A stretch of DNA of 63,949 nt, counting the filler, from Octopus bimaculoides (Eukaryota), in NCBI RefSeq assembly GCF_001194135.2. It is 4 parts of 3 records of this genome, joined end to end, with 100 filler letters (N's around TTAATTAATTAA, not from the genome) between each part and the next. Parts side by side here need not be neighbours in the genome. Positions count along the whole stretch, not along the records: positions 1 to 23,424 come from NC_068981.1; 3 more parts are not named here. One strand, 5' to 3'. The notes under the pieces were generated by a model. It worked only from the letters and a program-made list of their open reading frames with translations, had not been told where the DNA came from and made no database searches. Of this stretch, positions 1-14,170 are shown in pieces (the stretch's first letter is position 1; each line of letters begins with the position of its first letter). Made by a program: the position numbers and the translations under genes.

Positions 1-51
1 ACTTTATCGTGCAGTTACTGTTAATACTTCATTTAGAGAATTAACATTGCT

Positions 52-103
<52 letters not shown>

Positions 104-561
104 TTTATGTGTATGCGTACAAGTTTTAATATTATATTTCTAATAGTCTAACTTTGTATTTCATATATTTGTTTTATTTCGAAGGAAACAGGAACTTCCT
201 GTAGTCATGCCTTTAGAAAATATTAGCAGCTTATGAAAAATATATTCGATTTCAGTGGAAATTTTAAATTATACAGTTGCTTACTTTTGTTTACATGTCT
301 ACGCCCCCCTCTCTCTCTCTGTCCCTTTATATATATATATATATATATATATCGTTATATTTCCCCAGAAAATATATGAATAATAAATAGGGGAATAATA
401 TATCAACTGAAAATAAAATCCATTTTAAGATATAAGTTAATCTAATTGGTAGAAATATTAGTGAAACTTATTACTGGAAGGAATATATACACATACACAC
501 ACACACACGCACACATGCACACACACACACGCACACATGCACACACACACGCACACATGCA

Positions 562-609
<48 letters not shown>

Positions 610-658
610 NNNNNNNNNNNNNNNNNNNNNNNNNNNNNNNNNNNNNNNNNNNNNNNNN

Positions 659-691
<33 letters not shown>

Positions 692-1648
692 GTATTTCAT
701 TTTCCAGAAGAAATCTAAAAGTATGGAAATATCCCCAGTGAGAGTTACAGGTTGAAAAATTGATAGAATATAAAATTAACTTAAAAATATTGAGAGCAAT
801 ATAAGGAAATGAAAAAAGAAAAATTAAAATTTTCCATATTGATTTCTAAAGAGAATAGTTTCATTTTCCTTTTGCTTGTAGAACCGTCCGCACCCCAGCA
901 AAAACCTATGCATATTATGACCGGGTTAGAATTGTATATTTTACAACACTAAGGTGAAATTAGAAATTAGAAAGAAAAAGGCGAAAAAGACCTCACTAAT
1001 CCGTGAGAGATTATCGAAAATAATTCTATAAGTTAAGTGCACGCATACGTTCTAACACACGCATACACACATACGTACGCACATACACGATCGTATAGAT
1101 ACACAAGTAGATACGTATGGATACAATCGGTCACTAACGTATAAATACGCACATAAAACGTAAATTTATAGATACATACACCTATATATGAGTTTGTATA
1201 AAAGTGTATATATACATAAACATATATATATATTTAATTTATTTAAAATACAGAGATGCCTGTAATAGGACATCTAACCCGCTAGAAATAGCAGCAAGAC
1301 TACATACCACGAAAAGTAGGGATAATTTCGAAAGGGAATGAAAAATAAATAAATATATATATATATANNNNNNNNNNNNNNNNNNNNNNNNNNNNNNNNN
1401 NNNNNNNNNNNNNNNNNNNNNNNNNNNNNNNNNNNNNNNNNNNNNNNNNNNNNNNNNNNNNNNNNNNNNNNNNNNNNNNNNNNNNNNNNNNNNNNNNNNN
1501 NNNNNNNNNNNNNNNNNNNNNNNNNNNNNNNNNNNNNNNNNNNNNNNNNNNNNNNNNNNNNNNNNNNNNNNNNNNNNNNNNNNNNNNNNNNNNNNNNNNN
1601 NNNNNNNNNNNNNNNNNNNNNNNNNNNNNNNNNNNNNNNNNNNNNNNN

Positions 1649-1693
<45 letters not shown>

Positions 1694-2723
1694 ATATGTA
1701 TATATATGTATATATGTATATATATAAATATGTATATGTGTATATTTATGTGTGTGTGAGTATTTGCATACATATACACACAGTCATTTGATATTTAAAC
1801 CTCAAGTCGATTATATTAAATTTAGTATTTTCTTATGCCATACACAACCAATTTATTTCCTTTCGTCTAAAAAGAAACGTTGTTTTCTTTCGCTGTCACA
1901 GAATCTACTAAAACCTCTCTGAAAAGATTGTGCAAATAGACATTTTATTTAAATGTCGTATGTTCACCGTTTTATTCAAATGTGTTTATCAGTGAGAGAA
2001 TAGATTATCTTTGGTCGAGTATTTAACCTGTCATAATTCACATAATGGAGATTGAAATTAATGTACTAATTGATGGATTACAAGTTGAACAATTTGGTCA
2101 TCTCTGTGGAAAAACAGATAATTTTGCTTCTTGAGAGAAATAGATAAATCAAGTAACTGACTCAATCTTAACAAGATTCAGTTTATCTTCTGTTATCTTC
2201 TATAATAACCTCGTATTGTCTTTTATTGAAAATTTGCAAAATAATTAATTACTATTTAGAAATCGTAGCATGTGTTGTGCACGTGTGTTGTGTGTTTGAA
2301 TGTATGATGATTTATTGACATATGTATTGGAATATATATGCCCCTATTTAACATTATATATATACACACACACACACACAGACAGACACGCACACATATA
2401 TAGGGATATAAGTGTGTGTGTATGTGTATATGTATATATGTGTGCGTGCGTGTGTGCGTATCTGTCTGTGTGTATGCAGGTATATTGAAAGGAAAAATTG
2501 AAAATGCACTTGGAGGCTTAAAAAAAACTTTGTTTACATTTACTTAAGCGGTTTCACAATTTCGCGATATTCAAAATTGTTGTCAGAGAGGAGGATATGG
2601 AGTTATTCTGTATTTATCTTGGAAAGCGGTTAAGTAAATGTAAATAAATCTTTCTAAAGACTTCAAGTGCATCCTGAATCTTACTTTATACTGCAATTCG
2701 CGTGAAAAAAGGATGTATATTGC

Positions 2724-2755
<32 letters not shown>

Positions 2756-3201
2756 TGTATGTATGTATGTATGTATGTATGCATTAAAACACAATTATGT
2801 ATATTGTATTGATACACACTCATATATATGTATGAATGTGTCTATGTATGTGTGTATTTATATATATATATATATATATATNNNNNNNNNNNNNNNNNNN
2901 NNNNNNNNNNNNNNNNNNNNNNNNNNNNNNNNNNNNNNNNNNNNNNNNNNNNNNNNNNNNNNNNNNNNNNNNNNNNNNNNNNNNNNNNNNNNNNNNNNNN
3001 NNNNNNNNNNNNNNNNNNNNNNNNNNNNNNNNNNNNNNNNNNNNNNNNNNNNNNNNNNNNNNNNNNNNNNNNNNNNNNNNNNNNNNNNNNNNNNNNNNNN
3101 NNNNNNNNNNNNNNNNNNNNNNNNNNNNNNNNNNNNNNNNNNNNNNNNNNNNNNNNNNNNNNNNNNNNNNNNNNNNNNNNNNNNNNNNNNNNNNNNNNNN
3201 N

Positions 3202-3239
<38 letters not shown>

Positions 3240-3254
3240 GTGTGTGTGTGTGTG

Positions 3255-3880
3255 TGGCAGATGCACAGGGGTGATAAGCACTGAAGATGTACAGAAAACA
3301 GATTTCGTGACATGCCAGTGGGAGAAACTAGAAGTAGTTAATAGCTTCCGCAACCTAGGCGACCAAATGTGTAGTGGTGTTAGTTGCTCTGAGAGTGTAG
3401 CGGCTAGAATAAGAATAGCCTGAGCAAAGTTCAGGGATCTCTTACCTCTGCTGGATGCATATGTGTGAACTGCCATCCTAAATGGCAGTGAAACATGGGC
3501 CATGAATGCTGAGGACATGCATAGGCTTGAAAGAAATGAAGCTAGTATGATCCACTGGATGTGTATTGTCAGTGTGCATACACGAGAGAGTGTAAGCGCC
3601 CTGAGAGAAAAGTTGGGCAAAAGAATCATCAAATGTTGTGTGCAAGAGAGACGACTGCGCTGGTATGGTCATGTTTTACGTGTGGATGAAGACAGCTGCT
3701 TGAGGAAGTGCCACTCCCTAACTGTGGAAGGAACCTGTCGAAAAGGTAGACTCAGGAAGACATAAGATGAAGTGGTGAAACATGACCTTCAAAAATTGGG
3801 CCTCGCAGAAATAATAACAGAAGACCGAAACCTTTGGAGATATGCTGTGATTGAAAAGACTCGGCAACTAAAGTGAGTTC
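3255..3880 (+). mobile_element. RTE-clade LINE, 5'-truncated, RT C-terminal region (pseudogenised)
   Basis: Translates to ...ESVAARIRIA*AKFRDLLPLL...GSETWAMNAEDMHRLERNEASMIHWMC...QERRLRWYGHVLRVDEDSCLRKC...GRLRKT*DEVV. GSETW, LRWYGHV and GRxRKT are RTE ORF C-terminal motifs. Contains stops and a frameshift. Confidence 0.9.
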
Positions 3881-4039
3881 GCAGCCAGGCATGTCCAGCC
3901 AAGTTAAGAGTACCCCTGATACGTTGTGCGATATGATATGCTTGTGAAGATATGCTTGGGATTTATGGGAAACTATTGGTTACCGTGAAATTCCCATACA
4001 AATACCCAGATGTTTGCATTAAGGGAAATGATATTAAAT

Positions 4040-4560
4040 TGAAACTCTTTAACGTGGATGTTGTATTCCGGTAGGGGTGTATGTTGTCACCTCATTTTCC
4101 ATATTTTCTATGAACTGGATTAGCATATTCAGCCGTTGTGCGTGTAGGTTCGGTTGGCTGACATTTGCAGACGATGTGGTGCTACTTGGCTCATCAGAAG
4201 GAGGTCCCCATCATGCACTTTATGGATTCGCTGGTGAATGCTGCTTGGCAGAGACGAGAGTTAATATTGCGAAGACTGAGGCATTGGTCCTTTCAAGGTC
4301 TTTCCAGTGCAGTCTGCACATTAGTAGAGCATCACTGAGACAAGTGGAAATATTGAATTATTCCGGGGTCGCATTCACGAGTGATGGTGAGCAAAATGCT
4401 GAATTGGTAGCTAGAATCGCAGGTGCTGGCACAGTAATGTATCTCCAGTATTCGTTCATCAGTAGAGGAGAAGCCTTTTTTTTAAAAAGCCGAACTCGCG
4501 ATCGTCCATTCAGTTTTCGTATCTATTCTTATCTAAGGTCATAAATATTGAGTAATGACT
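4040..4560 (+). mobile_element. Degenerate non-LTR reverse transcriptase fragment
   Basis: GCMLSP (motif B-like), then FADDVVLL (YADD-type catalytic motif), NIAKTEALV and LNYSGVAFTSDG in ORF 4077-4544. Confidence 0.8.
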
Positions 4561-5256
4561 GAAAGAATACAATCGCGAATACATTTTGTTTCCATATGCT
4601 TTGATAATTTTACTTGCTTCACTAATATTGAACAAAGGCCTTTTTTGCGCACTGAAAATATTCAACTACAATACATATATTAATTTTAGCACCTATGCTA
4701 CTAAATAGTTTTGTCGAATCGCTTAGTTACGTAGCGATCTTCATCAATTTCTTGCAGTAAATCAGGTTTTACCTACGTCAACCCCAATGTTTTGAAAAAG
4801 TGTCGTTTTAATCGTAAATGTTTCCTCTTTTAGATATTTACATTGACAAATGCCTCCATGTTAATTTTTTATAGAAATTACCAAATAAAGCGAAGGCTTA
4901 TAGAATGAAATTGTACTGAATCAGTGTGCCTCATTTGCTACTTTCCTGCTCAATCTCATCTCAACAAAGATAAAAAAAAAAGATCAAAATATAAGTACCA
5001 AAAATATATCTCTTGTCAGAAAAATTGCAACCTTCTATATTGCTTGCACACCCTATAACACCACTTTGATATTCGTTGCCAATGTATGAGCTCCCAACGC
5101 CCACAAGGGTGATATGCTGTCCAGATTATGAACCACTGTTTTAAACTTTAAAATTGTTATCTCTTTGGCTGCAAGAGGTAATATTATTAAGTTTATACAT
5201 TAAGAGAATTCAAATATGCACACATACACGCTCACATACATACATACATACATACA

Positions 5257-5288
<32 letters not shown>

Positions 5289-6165
5289 GACATAAAAACG
5301 CATCCATAAAACAAACATACAAATCTGCGCATACACTAACACCAAATACTGCACACACACACAAACATATGCACAAATACCTAGATGATGTTGATAAAAG
5401 AACCAATGAAGGAGCCTTGAATCTATGTTAGAGTCCGGCTCTTTCTCTATGGACAAGAAATACAGAAATGAAACTGATTGATAACATACATACATACCAA
5501 GATGCATACATAACTACATACATACCAAAATACATACATAGGTTTCGCAAAATCGGAAAAGAGAAAGCTAATTCAAAGTTTACAGATTCAGTCCATCACT
5601 TGAACTGTGAAAATCTGTAAACATTTCCAGAAGTTTATCATTTAAATATATTTGTGCATGTCTAGATATGCATCTATATGCATGAGAATACATACATGAA
5701 ATAAAATATACAAATCTGCACATATACATACATGCGTACATACTTTTTTATACATACATACATATATATATGTGTGTATACACTGAATCGTCGCAAGGTA
5801 TGGAAGGTTTTCGAAGGACCGGAGAGATTATGTCCGGGTGGAGAATTATACCAGATATAGTATTATACAGAATACCGAAAGGATCTTCACCTCTTACATC
5901 ACACATTTCTTCCTACTTCAACGTCGAGATGGTATAATTTCCTGGGAGAGAGATAATTTTGCGGCTGAGGATAGCTTTACATTGTAGATTATACACATAT
6001 TATATTATGTTATATTATATTATATTATATTATACACATGTAGAGCTTGAAACACGTGTACCGCGGATTCCTTTGTAGTTTTGTTGTTATTTTTTTGTTT
6101 TGGATTTACAATTTATATATATATATATATATATATATATGATCCTCTGATCCTCTGATCCTACG

Positions 6166-6276
<111 letters not shown>

Positions 6277-7121
6277 CTAATATATAATGGATCATAATAT
6301 ACGGGAGTCTTTTGAGCGTTAGTAGTGTAACCAACTTCTAACAACATAGCATGTTATCAACAAATTAATTTGATTATAGAAGCGTACGAGTGCACTCTAA
6401 TTGTAAATGGTTGCTTAAAGCATATATGTATTTATGAAGGCGATGGTAGCTTTTAGTAAGAATGGTAGCGTAATCGACATTAAAATTTTCGCAATATCCG
6501 TTCATAAGGAAATGTGCAAGGAAAGTATTTCAATTTGGCTTTAGTATGTAAAGGAAGGATATCAACTGACGAGAAATTCTGATGTAATCTAGTTATAAGT
6601 GAGTGCGCTCAACATGTTGTTTAGAGGTGATGTAGAAGTTGCAGTGGGGTAGGTATTGGATTCGAGATGTGGTGAGACGTTGTTGAGAAATCCAGTGTAG
6701 TAAAATGAAAGAATTATTCGCAAGCGTAAAGGAGTGTTAAGAAATTAATCCACCATTCAAATTAGCCGTAGTTAACGCCAGTTATGAAAATATTCTTCAA
6801 CCTTTTATAGAGATGTTAACGTGACTACAACTTAAACAGATCCATTAAAGCCAACCTTTCAAATCAGTTCTTTGATTTGTCACCCGTTGATGTATGTGTG
6901 AATCAGGCCCAAAAGGGTCAATGCCTGATGTGCTTTTAATCTCTGTTTTTATAGTTGATCTTGTCAACACGTGCGAATACAACTTGTATTCATGCTGATA
7001 TATCCACGCTGTTTACACTGGTAAAATGGCGAGATGAAATTGACCTTGCGGTTTCCAGTTTAAACAAGGACATTGATCAGACAAATCTCGAAGCTAGAGA
7101 TTTCAAAGTGCATAACTTCAA

Positions 7122-7215
7122 TTAACCAAGTCGATAACACATTGAAATTTCAACACCACAGTTCGTAACTTCTCCATATACTGGGTCTACAGCCAAGACA
7201 CAATTATCTGCACTC
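7122..7215 (-). CDS. Candidate terminal coding exon of unidentified host gene (SADNCVLAVDPVYGEVTNCGVEISMCYRLG*)
   Basis: Acceptor ...ttatatcacag|G, then 30 non-repetitive codons with three Cys, ending in TAA at 7124-7122. Splice signal is only moderate. Confidence 0.3.
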
Positions 7216-7818
7216 CTGTGATATAAGTTCCAAATATAGCATATAGTTCATTAATATAATTTGTTACTAATGAACACGCTTATCAGATGAAGATATAAAC
7301 TGGTTAAGAGAAAGGAAAATACTTGGTGTTGTTAAAAACTATAAGATCAGTTTTTGTGATCAACATATTTCTTTGAAAATAAGAATTCTATTTTAGATAT
7401 CTCATTTAAGTTTATCATATATTCTAGTTATTGCACCTTTCATAAAAAATTGTCACGAATTGAAAGCTGCAGCAGGTAGTGTAAAGTAACTGCAATTTTC
7501 GTTGAGGAAGTGAGTTTTATGTTCGAGAAACTACAGCACCAGAATGGACTTCGATACAAGCATTTGCACTAAATTTTAGTCGGAAGTACAAGACCAAAGA
7601 ATCCTTTTTCAAGTACTCTTGAATTGACAATCTGTAGGTGGATTTATTTCATAGAGGTTCTCTAATCAATATTGGAAAGATAAATTCGGAAAGATAAATG
7701 TCAAATTTAACCCGGGCGGGATATTAAACTCATAGGAAGAGAGAGAGAGAGAGAGGAGAGTTAGAAATAGAGAGGCGGAAGGGAGAGGGAGAGAAGAGGG
7801 AGAAAGAGAAAGAGAGAG

Positions 7819-7876
<58 letters not shown>

Positions 7877-7902
7877 TTGAATAAACTGAACCCCCACATA
7901 AC

Positions 7903-7979
7903 ATGCCGTAAGTGTATCGTTTCTCATTAAAATTCATCTGAAAGTGAGGATTAGTAATTATAACATCGTGGCAGTCAGT
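7903..7979 (-). CDS. Candidate internal exon (TDCHDVIITNPHFQMNFNEKRYTYG)
   Basis: Acceptor ttaacgtttttcag|ACT; open in phase 0, matching the phase-0 end of exon 12084-12020. Donor AT|GTTATG is weak. Confidence 0.3.
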
Positions 7980-8444
7980 CTGAAAAACGTTAAGGGTAAG
8001 ACTATATGACATCCACCCCTTTAATTTCTTTGCGTTTTGTCATTAAAACCATGCCATGACTACTGCTACACTTCATCGTTGTGCGATTGATAAAATAAGT
8101 AGGTGTAACATACTGAGATTGATTCAATCAGCTATATGACACCCTGAGGAAAAATCAACCGTGTGCCTAGCCAAAAGATATCAATAAATTCATTATGTGT
8201 TGTGCCAATAATTAATATTTTTTTCTATTTCTTCGCCAATATTTATATTAAACGAATGCTAATGTTTTGATAGAAACACGTACACAAATACACGCACAGA
8301 CACACAACCGTACACGGAAATAGACATAAAAGTACACACTCAGATACACACAGAGACGAATTCAGATACCCACTCCCGTCTATTGTTGTTCTCTCTTACT
8401 TTGCAAAAAGTGTATCTCTTTTTTTGTTTTTTTCTGCTTCTCCC

Positions 8445-8508
8445 TCTGTCCGTCCGTCCGTCCGTCCGTCCGTCCGTCCGTCCGTCCGTCCATCCGTCCG
8501 TCCGTCTG

Positions 8509-8568
<60 letters not shown>

Positions 8569-8702
8569 CTCTGTCTGTTTGTCTGTCTGTCTGTCTCTAT
8601 ATCTCCCTCTGTCTTTCTCTCTCTCTGTCTCTCTCTCTGTCTCTCTCTCTGTCTCGCTCTGTGTATCTTTCTCTATCTCTTCCCCCTGTCTGTCTGTCTC
8701 TG

Positions 8703-8766
<64 letters not shown>

Positions 8767-8770
8767 TCTC
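8445..8770. repeat. Compound microsatellite (CCGT)n to (CTGT)n to (CT)n
   Basis: Read directly; explains ORFs 8383, 8424, 8579 and 8673. Confidence 0.95.
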
Positions 8771-10134
8771 TTATATACGTATATGTGTTTGTTTGTCTGT
8801 GTATGTGTATGTATCTATGTATGCATATGCGCCTGGGCGTGTGATTTGCAGCATTTAACCTTTCTGTATTCATCTTTGTCTTTTTTTTTTATCTCTTTCT
8901 CTTAGTGGAGTGTCTCGCTTTTGTTCCTTTCTATCTTGCTTACTTTTTTTTCATTCATCCTTTGTCGCTTTGTAGCTGTTATCACTCTATCTCTCTTTAT
9001 CTATGTTACTTCTCCTAGTTATCCGTCAAATTCCATCTTTGTTCTTCTTCTGACCCTTCCTCTTTGCTGTGATTGAATACACATTCGTGTACACCCCACT
9101 TACACACGTCTCTTCAAATTATGATTGATAACAGATTGGGAGTTTCAAATCTTACCGATACCAACGTTGCAATTTCAATTTTGCCCTTCATTTTTTTCAG
9201 AGTTGATAGACGAAGTAGCAGTTATGTACTGGGGTAGATATAATCGACTACTATGCATATAATCCAAATTTCTGGTTTCGTGCCTATCCCAGAAAATATT
9301 ACATTTCATACATTAACTAGATCCATGACTCACTGATCATAAAACTAAATGATTTACAATATTAGGTTAAGATATTTTGATTATCGCTTCAAATTTTACC
9401 ATGATCAAATTGCTTTTCATTTATCGAGAGCCAAGAAAAAGCAGTAAATAACAACAACAGGCTGTGATAGAATCATGTCTACATAATATAGTCAAAAATA
9501 AATTTGTTATAGCTTCAAATTTTTCCACTGGAGATATACGTATATTGTGTCAGTCTGTATTTTATTTAAACGATCAACTATGAATTCAAACCAAATCTTT
9601 TAGCTGATTCCTTCACATAAAGGAAATATTTGGCACATTTACAACTGGCATTCAGATTCAGAATAAGCCAATGTCCCATTATAATAAAAAGGGCAATTCC
9701 AAGTGATTTCCGAATTTAGCAATTCAAAACAGAAATATAAAACTTGAAGAATTTATAAAAGTAATATCATTTGTATTATCTGCATAAAGGGTTCTGAAAC
9801 TTATGATGAATTCGTTGTTGTATTAATAGAATAACTCACCAATCTATTAGACAGCGAAAGAAATAAGTGCTGTCTCTTATGTATTGAAATCTTGCAATGA
9901 TTTAATTAATTCAGTGATGTGTGTCAACATTATGGAACACAGAATTGCTCATCAAAGACATTGCATTTCATATCTGCTCACATTATTTAGATTGTTTAGT
10001 TGAATATGAAAATACTCTAAACTACACCAGTGAGGCATTCTTGTTGGATGATTAAATGGTCTTGACAGTGTGAATCAAGGCTCTATTTGTATTTGTAAAG
10101 AGATTATTATTCTTATTCTTATTAGTATTAGCAG

Positions 10135-10156
10135 TAATAATAATAATAATAACAAC

Positions 10157-10224
<68 letters not shown>

Positions 10225-10412
10225 TAATAATAATAATGATGATGATGCTGATGATAGTTTTACTTTCAATTTCTATGGACATATAAGTATTAAAATTTAT
10301 ATGTAATACACAAAGAACCACAAAAATTGCCATTGTCTGGTTATTGTTACACACTCTCTTTGGGCCATTAAACCGCAGTATATTATTATTCCAAATGTAT
10401 TATTGGAAAACC

Positions 10413-10489
<77 letters not shown>

Positions 10490-10490
10490 C
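10135..10490. repeat. (AAT)n tract and oppositely oriented (TAT)n tract
   Basis: (AAT)n at ~10135-10235 and (TAT)n at ~10405-10490. Confidence 0.95.
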
Positions 10491-12019
10491 ACTATTGCTA
10501 TTGTTATTAGTATTGTTATTGCCTTGAATAAATAAAAATGCAAACTGAACCATAAAAATTGCTTAAAATTGAATTTACGTTGTTAATAGAGTAAAGCTCT
10601 AACTTTGCTTGAATCTATATATAGAAAACTGTGTCGTTAGAATGTATCAAAATTAATAAATCATCATTGATTATATTAAATAGCTTCAGCATTTAAGTAG
10701 ATAGATATATAGACATTTGAGAACAGCAGTACGATTATTTCTAAATTTGATACGAACTGCTTGTTTTGGGTAATTATGTTCAATACGAGTAATGCTATAA
10801 AAGATTTTCATTGTGTTGGTTTCACAGACACTTATATGTTTGTTAAGAATATCATAATAGTGTCTCGTCGTCTCTGATAACTTCCTCTTCATATGTAAAA
10901 CAACTAAAATACTACATTCTATAACAAAAGATTCAACAGACAGCATGTTAGCATCCTGGTCAAATGAATCAACGTGTATACTTCCATTGTTGGACCGTAT
11001 ATTTTCTCCATAACCCCCACCGAATATCTTGTATGTGACTCTAATAACTAAAATTAGTAGATCTGCCGGAGAAAAAATGTCCTTACATGGAAAACAGAAA
11101 GAGTTTATAAAAATATTATTGCACCTGTCAGAAACTTTGTGGCTATTTACCCCACTGAATAGAAAAATAGAGTCAGTATTGGCTTGTAAAAAGTAGTAAT
11201 AACTACTGTCAATTTAAGACTGTTTGAACAGAGATTCGTTTACTTCTCATACACGCAATAATCAAATCCTATGGAGATAAAGGCATTAGCGTTAACTTGA
11301 GTAAATGAGGGTGACCTCTATATGGTCACAGAACTTGCTTGTAATAGCAACGATATTTCTTAAATTACATACTATAACAATGTTTCTCAAATTACATATT
11401 ATCGTTTAATAATGAAGAAAATCACGTATTGGATAACGGTGTGGAATAAATATTCTTAGACGACGGCAGCTGTAGCGGAAAGAATTATCTTTGATCATAA
11501 GACTAAGCAATCGGGTTGTTCTGATGATTCGTCTTTTTTTTCTTATTTAATCTGGATGGTAGGCAGTATCTATCATTGTATACAAGACCTACAAGACTAA
11601 TAGAATAGAGGGAATAAGTCATTCTTAAACGTGGGAACAAATCCGAATGCTTGCGATAGAACGTACTGCTCTAAAAGCGTTCAAAGTGCCGAGCGATAGC
11701 GTTAAAACGAGTAACAGTTACAGTCTACTATGAACAATCAGTAACACATATTTTCATATACAAACCGTTACTCTATGTTTCTCTACCATTTAAAGGTTAA
11801 ATAAAATACAAAGTCGAATATATGGAATGTGCTTGCCTTTTGGATGATTGCAGATTGTTATCTCTTTAGCTTCATCACTACATACGTAGAAATATAACTA
11901 GTAATATTTAAGGATTTCTGTAATATATTTCAGGAAGAGAGGAGTTAAGCTGACAAAGAGAGAAGAAAAAGAGAGATCGGCCTTGTCAACTGGTTGATTA
12001 ATTATTTGGTAGATCTTAC

Positions 12020-12084
12020 AGAGCGCTTGATGCAAAGTGGCAACGGATGCCAATTATCTTCCTCGTAGATTTCTGAAATTCCTG
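12020..12084 (-). CDS. Candidate internal coding exon (x-GISEIYEEDNWHPLPLCIKRS), 65 nt, phase 1 to 0
   Basis: Strong acceptor ttctgttctcctttccag|CAG (NAGNAG), strong donor TCT|GTAAGA, and a protein-like open frame within repeat-rich DNA. Confidence 0.6.
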
Positions 12085-12128
12085 CTGGAAAGGAGAACAG
12101 AACGTTACAATAATGATGATGATGGCGT

Positions 12129-12165
<37 letters not shown>

Positions 12166-12377
12166 AATGATGATGATAATGATGATGATAATGATGATGA
12201 CGACGACGATGACGATTACGACAATCTCACTATCAACATACATAGCACATCACATTAACATAGATTTAAACACGAGCAGTTCATTATCATCTTTTTACTA
12301 CTTAACATTAACAAAAACACATCACACTGTGTATCACTGAAAAGAAAGCTTTCAGACGCACGCTTGGAATAATATTG

Positions 12378-12584
12378 ATTTCAATTTTTGGCACAAGGCC
12401 AGCAGTTTCGGTAAAGTGGGTAAGTCTACCTCAACCTAGTACTTAACTGGTATTTATTTTATCGACCCCGTAACGATGAACGTCAAAGTCGACAATGACG
12501 GAATTTTAAGTTAGAACATGAAGACGTACAAAATGCTGCTAAGCATTTCGTCCGGCGCTCAAACGAGTCTACCAGCTCACCGCC
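12378..12584 (-). mobile_element. tRNA-derived SINE, family B
   Basis: Same head and core (gtcgacttt...ggggtcgataaaa...gtaccag) as copies at 31590, 52993, 57888 and 60005. Confidence 0.85.
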
Positions 12585-13497
12585 CAACTATATTAAATAA
12601 GTAAATGGATCCCGTCATTCTCGACGAAATGTTCCAGTTGTTCGATTAACTACTCTAACTACTTTTAAAATTTAATAGGTGACTGAATATGCTACAGACA
12701 TATGTACTCAACATAATCTGTAAGCATAAATTAGTGTCATACTAGCGTGTGACCAGGTTCGAACAGTGAGTTATAGATATAGAACTTCTGACAGACTTTT
12801 ACACACTTTAAGTCTGCCCATATTCAGTAACATGCTTAGGGTCGACCTAAATCCATTGTTTATTAACGTAGTGAGACTTATCGAACAATACATTTACATT
12901 AAATGAGTAAATAAAACAACGAGGAAACATTTAATTTGTTATATGACCTGTCAAAATTACCTGACTTAATCCCCAATAGTTTACTATTATCCTCAGAAAG
13001 CGAGCCTACTTTAGAAAATATAGTTTCTGGATATATAAAATGATGGATAGTTTGAGGATAGAATGCATTTGATGAAAGACTGATCTGAGGCTAAACAACA
13101 CTGAGTTATGCATTCAATTCAATAATTACATGCACTTTACTGGCCAAAATCATGCCTAGAAGAATGTCGACACTGTCATATAAAAAACTACAATGAAAGC
13201 CACAAGGTTTATAATTCATTTGACAAAACCCTCTCTAGCATTACAAGACAAATACTCCATACGATGAAATGCTACCACCAGTCTTTAATCTCCCTCTCGC
13301 TCTCACTCTTTCTCTTTCAAAATCGCTATGAAGCCACTATAATCACTCATATTATAATTGTGATTTGTTCACAATTATACACCCTTCTTTTATGATAAAA
13401 TATTTGGATTGCATGTTCTGGCCACTGATATATTCATAAATAATTTGGAATTGTTTACGATATATCTTGCGTAATGTATTTTTACATTCCACATTTG

Positions 13498-13541
<44 letters not shown>

Positions 13542-13939
13542 NNNNNNNNNNNNNNNNNNNNNNNNNNNNNNNNNNNNNNNNNNNNNNNNNNNNNNNNNNN
13601 NNNNNNNNNNNNNNNNNNNNNNNNNNNNNNNNNNNNNNNNNNNNNNNNNNNNNNNNNNNNNNNNNNNNNNNNNNNNNNNNNNNNNNNNNNNNNNNNNNNN
13701 NNNNNNNNNNNNNNNNNNNNNNNNNNNNNNNNNNNNNNNNNNNNNNNNNNNNNNNNNNNNNNNNNNNNNNNNNNNNNNNNNNNNNNNNNNNNNNNNNNNN
13801 NNNNNNNNNNNNNNNNNNNNNNNNNNNNNNNNNNNNNNNNNNNNNNNNNNNNNNNNNNNNNNNNNNNNNNNNNNNNNNNNNNNNNNNNNNNNNNNNNNNN
13901 NNNNNNNNNNNNNNNNNNNNNNNNNNNNNNNNNNNNNNN

Positions 13940-13959
<20 letters not shown>

Positions 13960-13970
<11 letters not shown>

Positions 13971-14170
13971 CGTGTTTGTGTTTTTGTTTGTTCCCCTGCC
14001 ATCGCTTGACAGTCGATGTTGGTGTGTTTATGTCCCCATGGCCTAGTTGTTCGGCAAAAGAGGCCGATAGAATAATTACAAGGATTATAAAGAGTAAATC
14101 TTGGGATCGATTTCTTCTTAAGGCGGTTCTCCAGCATGGCAGCAGTCAAATGACTTAAACAAGTAAAATT
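13960..14170 (+). mobile_element. SINE family A, 3' half
   Basis: gtttgttcccc...gttcggcaaaagag...ccagcatggcagcagtcaaatgac tail; 5' half lies in the gap. Confidence 0.8.

Noticed and set aside
882-953. Plus-strand mini-exon candidates (882-953, ~6954, ~15516, ~47134 donor, ~60890)
   Set aside because: Individual splice-like signals without a consistent reading frame or recognisable product.
446-3284. Long ORFs rich in HT/YI/CV/MYVC or X (also at 13.3, 16.4, 40.2, 46-48, 49.3, 55.7 and 62 kb)
   Set aside because: They are translations of (CA)n, (TA)n and (TATG)n microsatellites and N gaps, which lack stop codons.
6045-6075. GAAACACGTGTA half-hammerhead
   Set aside because: No upstream CUGANGA or stem II; only the 3' half is present.
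9835-9870. Microexon-like acceptor-ATTG-GTGAGT on minus (similarly cag-GA-gtaagt near 62790)
   Set aside because: Lengths of 4 and 2 nt with no independent support; such motifs arise by chance in 64 kb.
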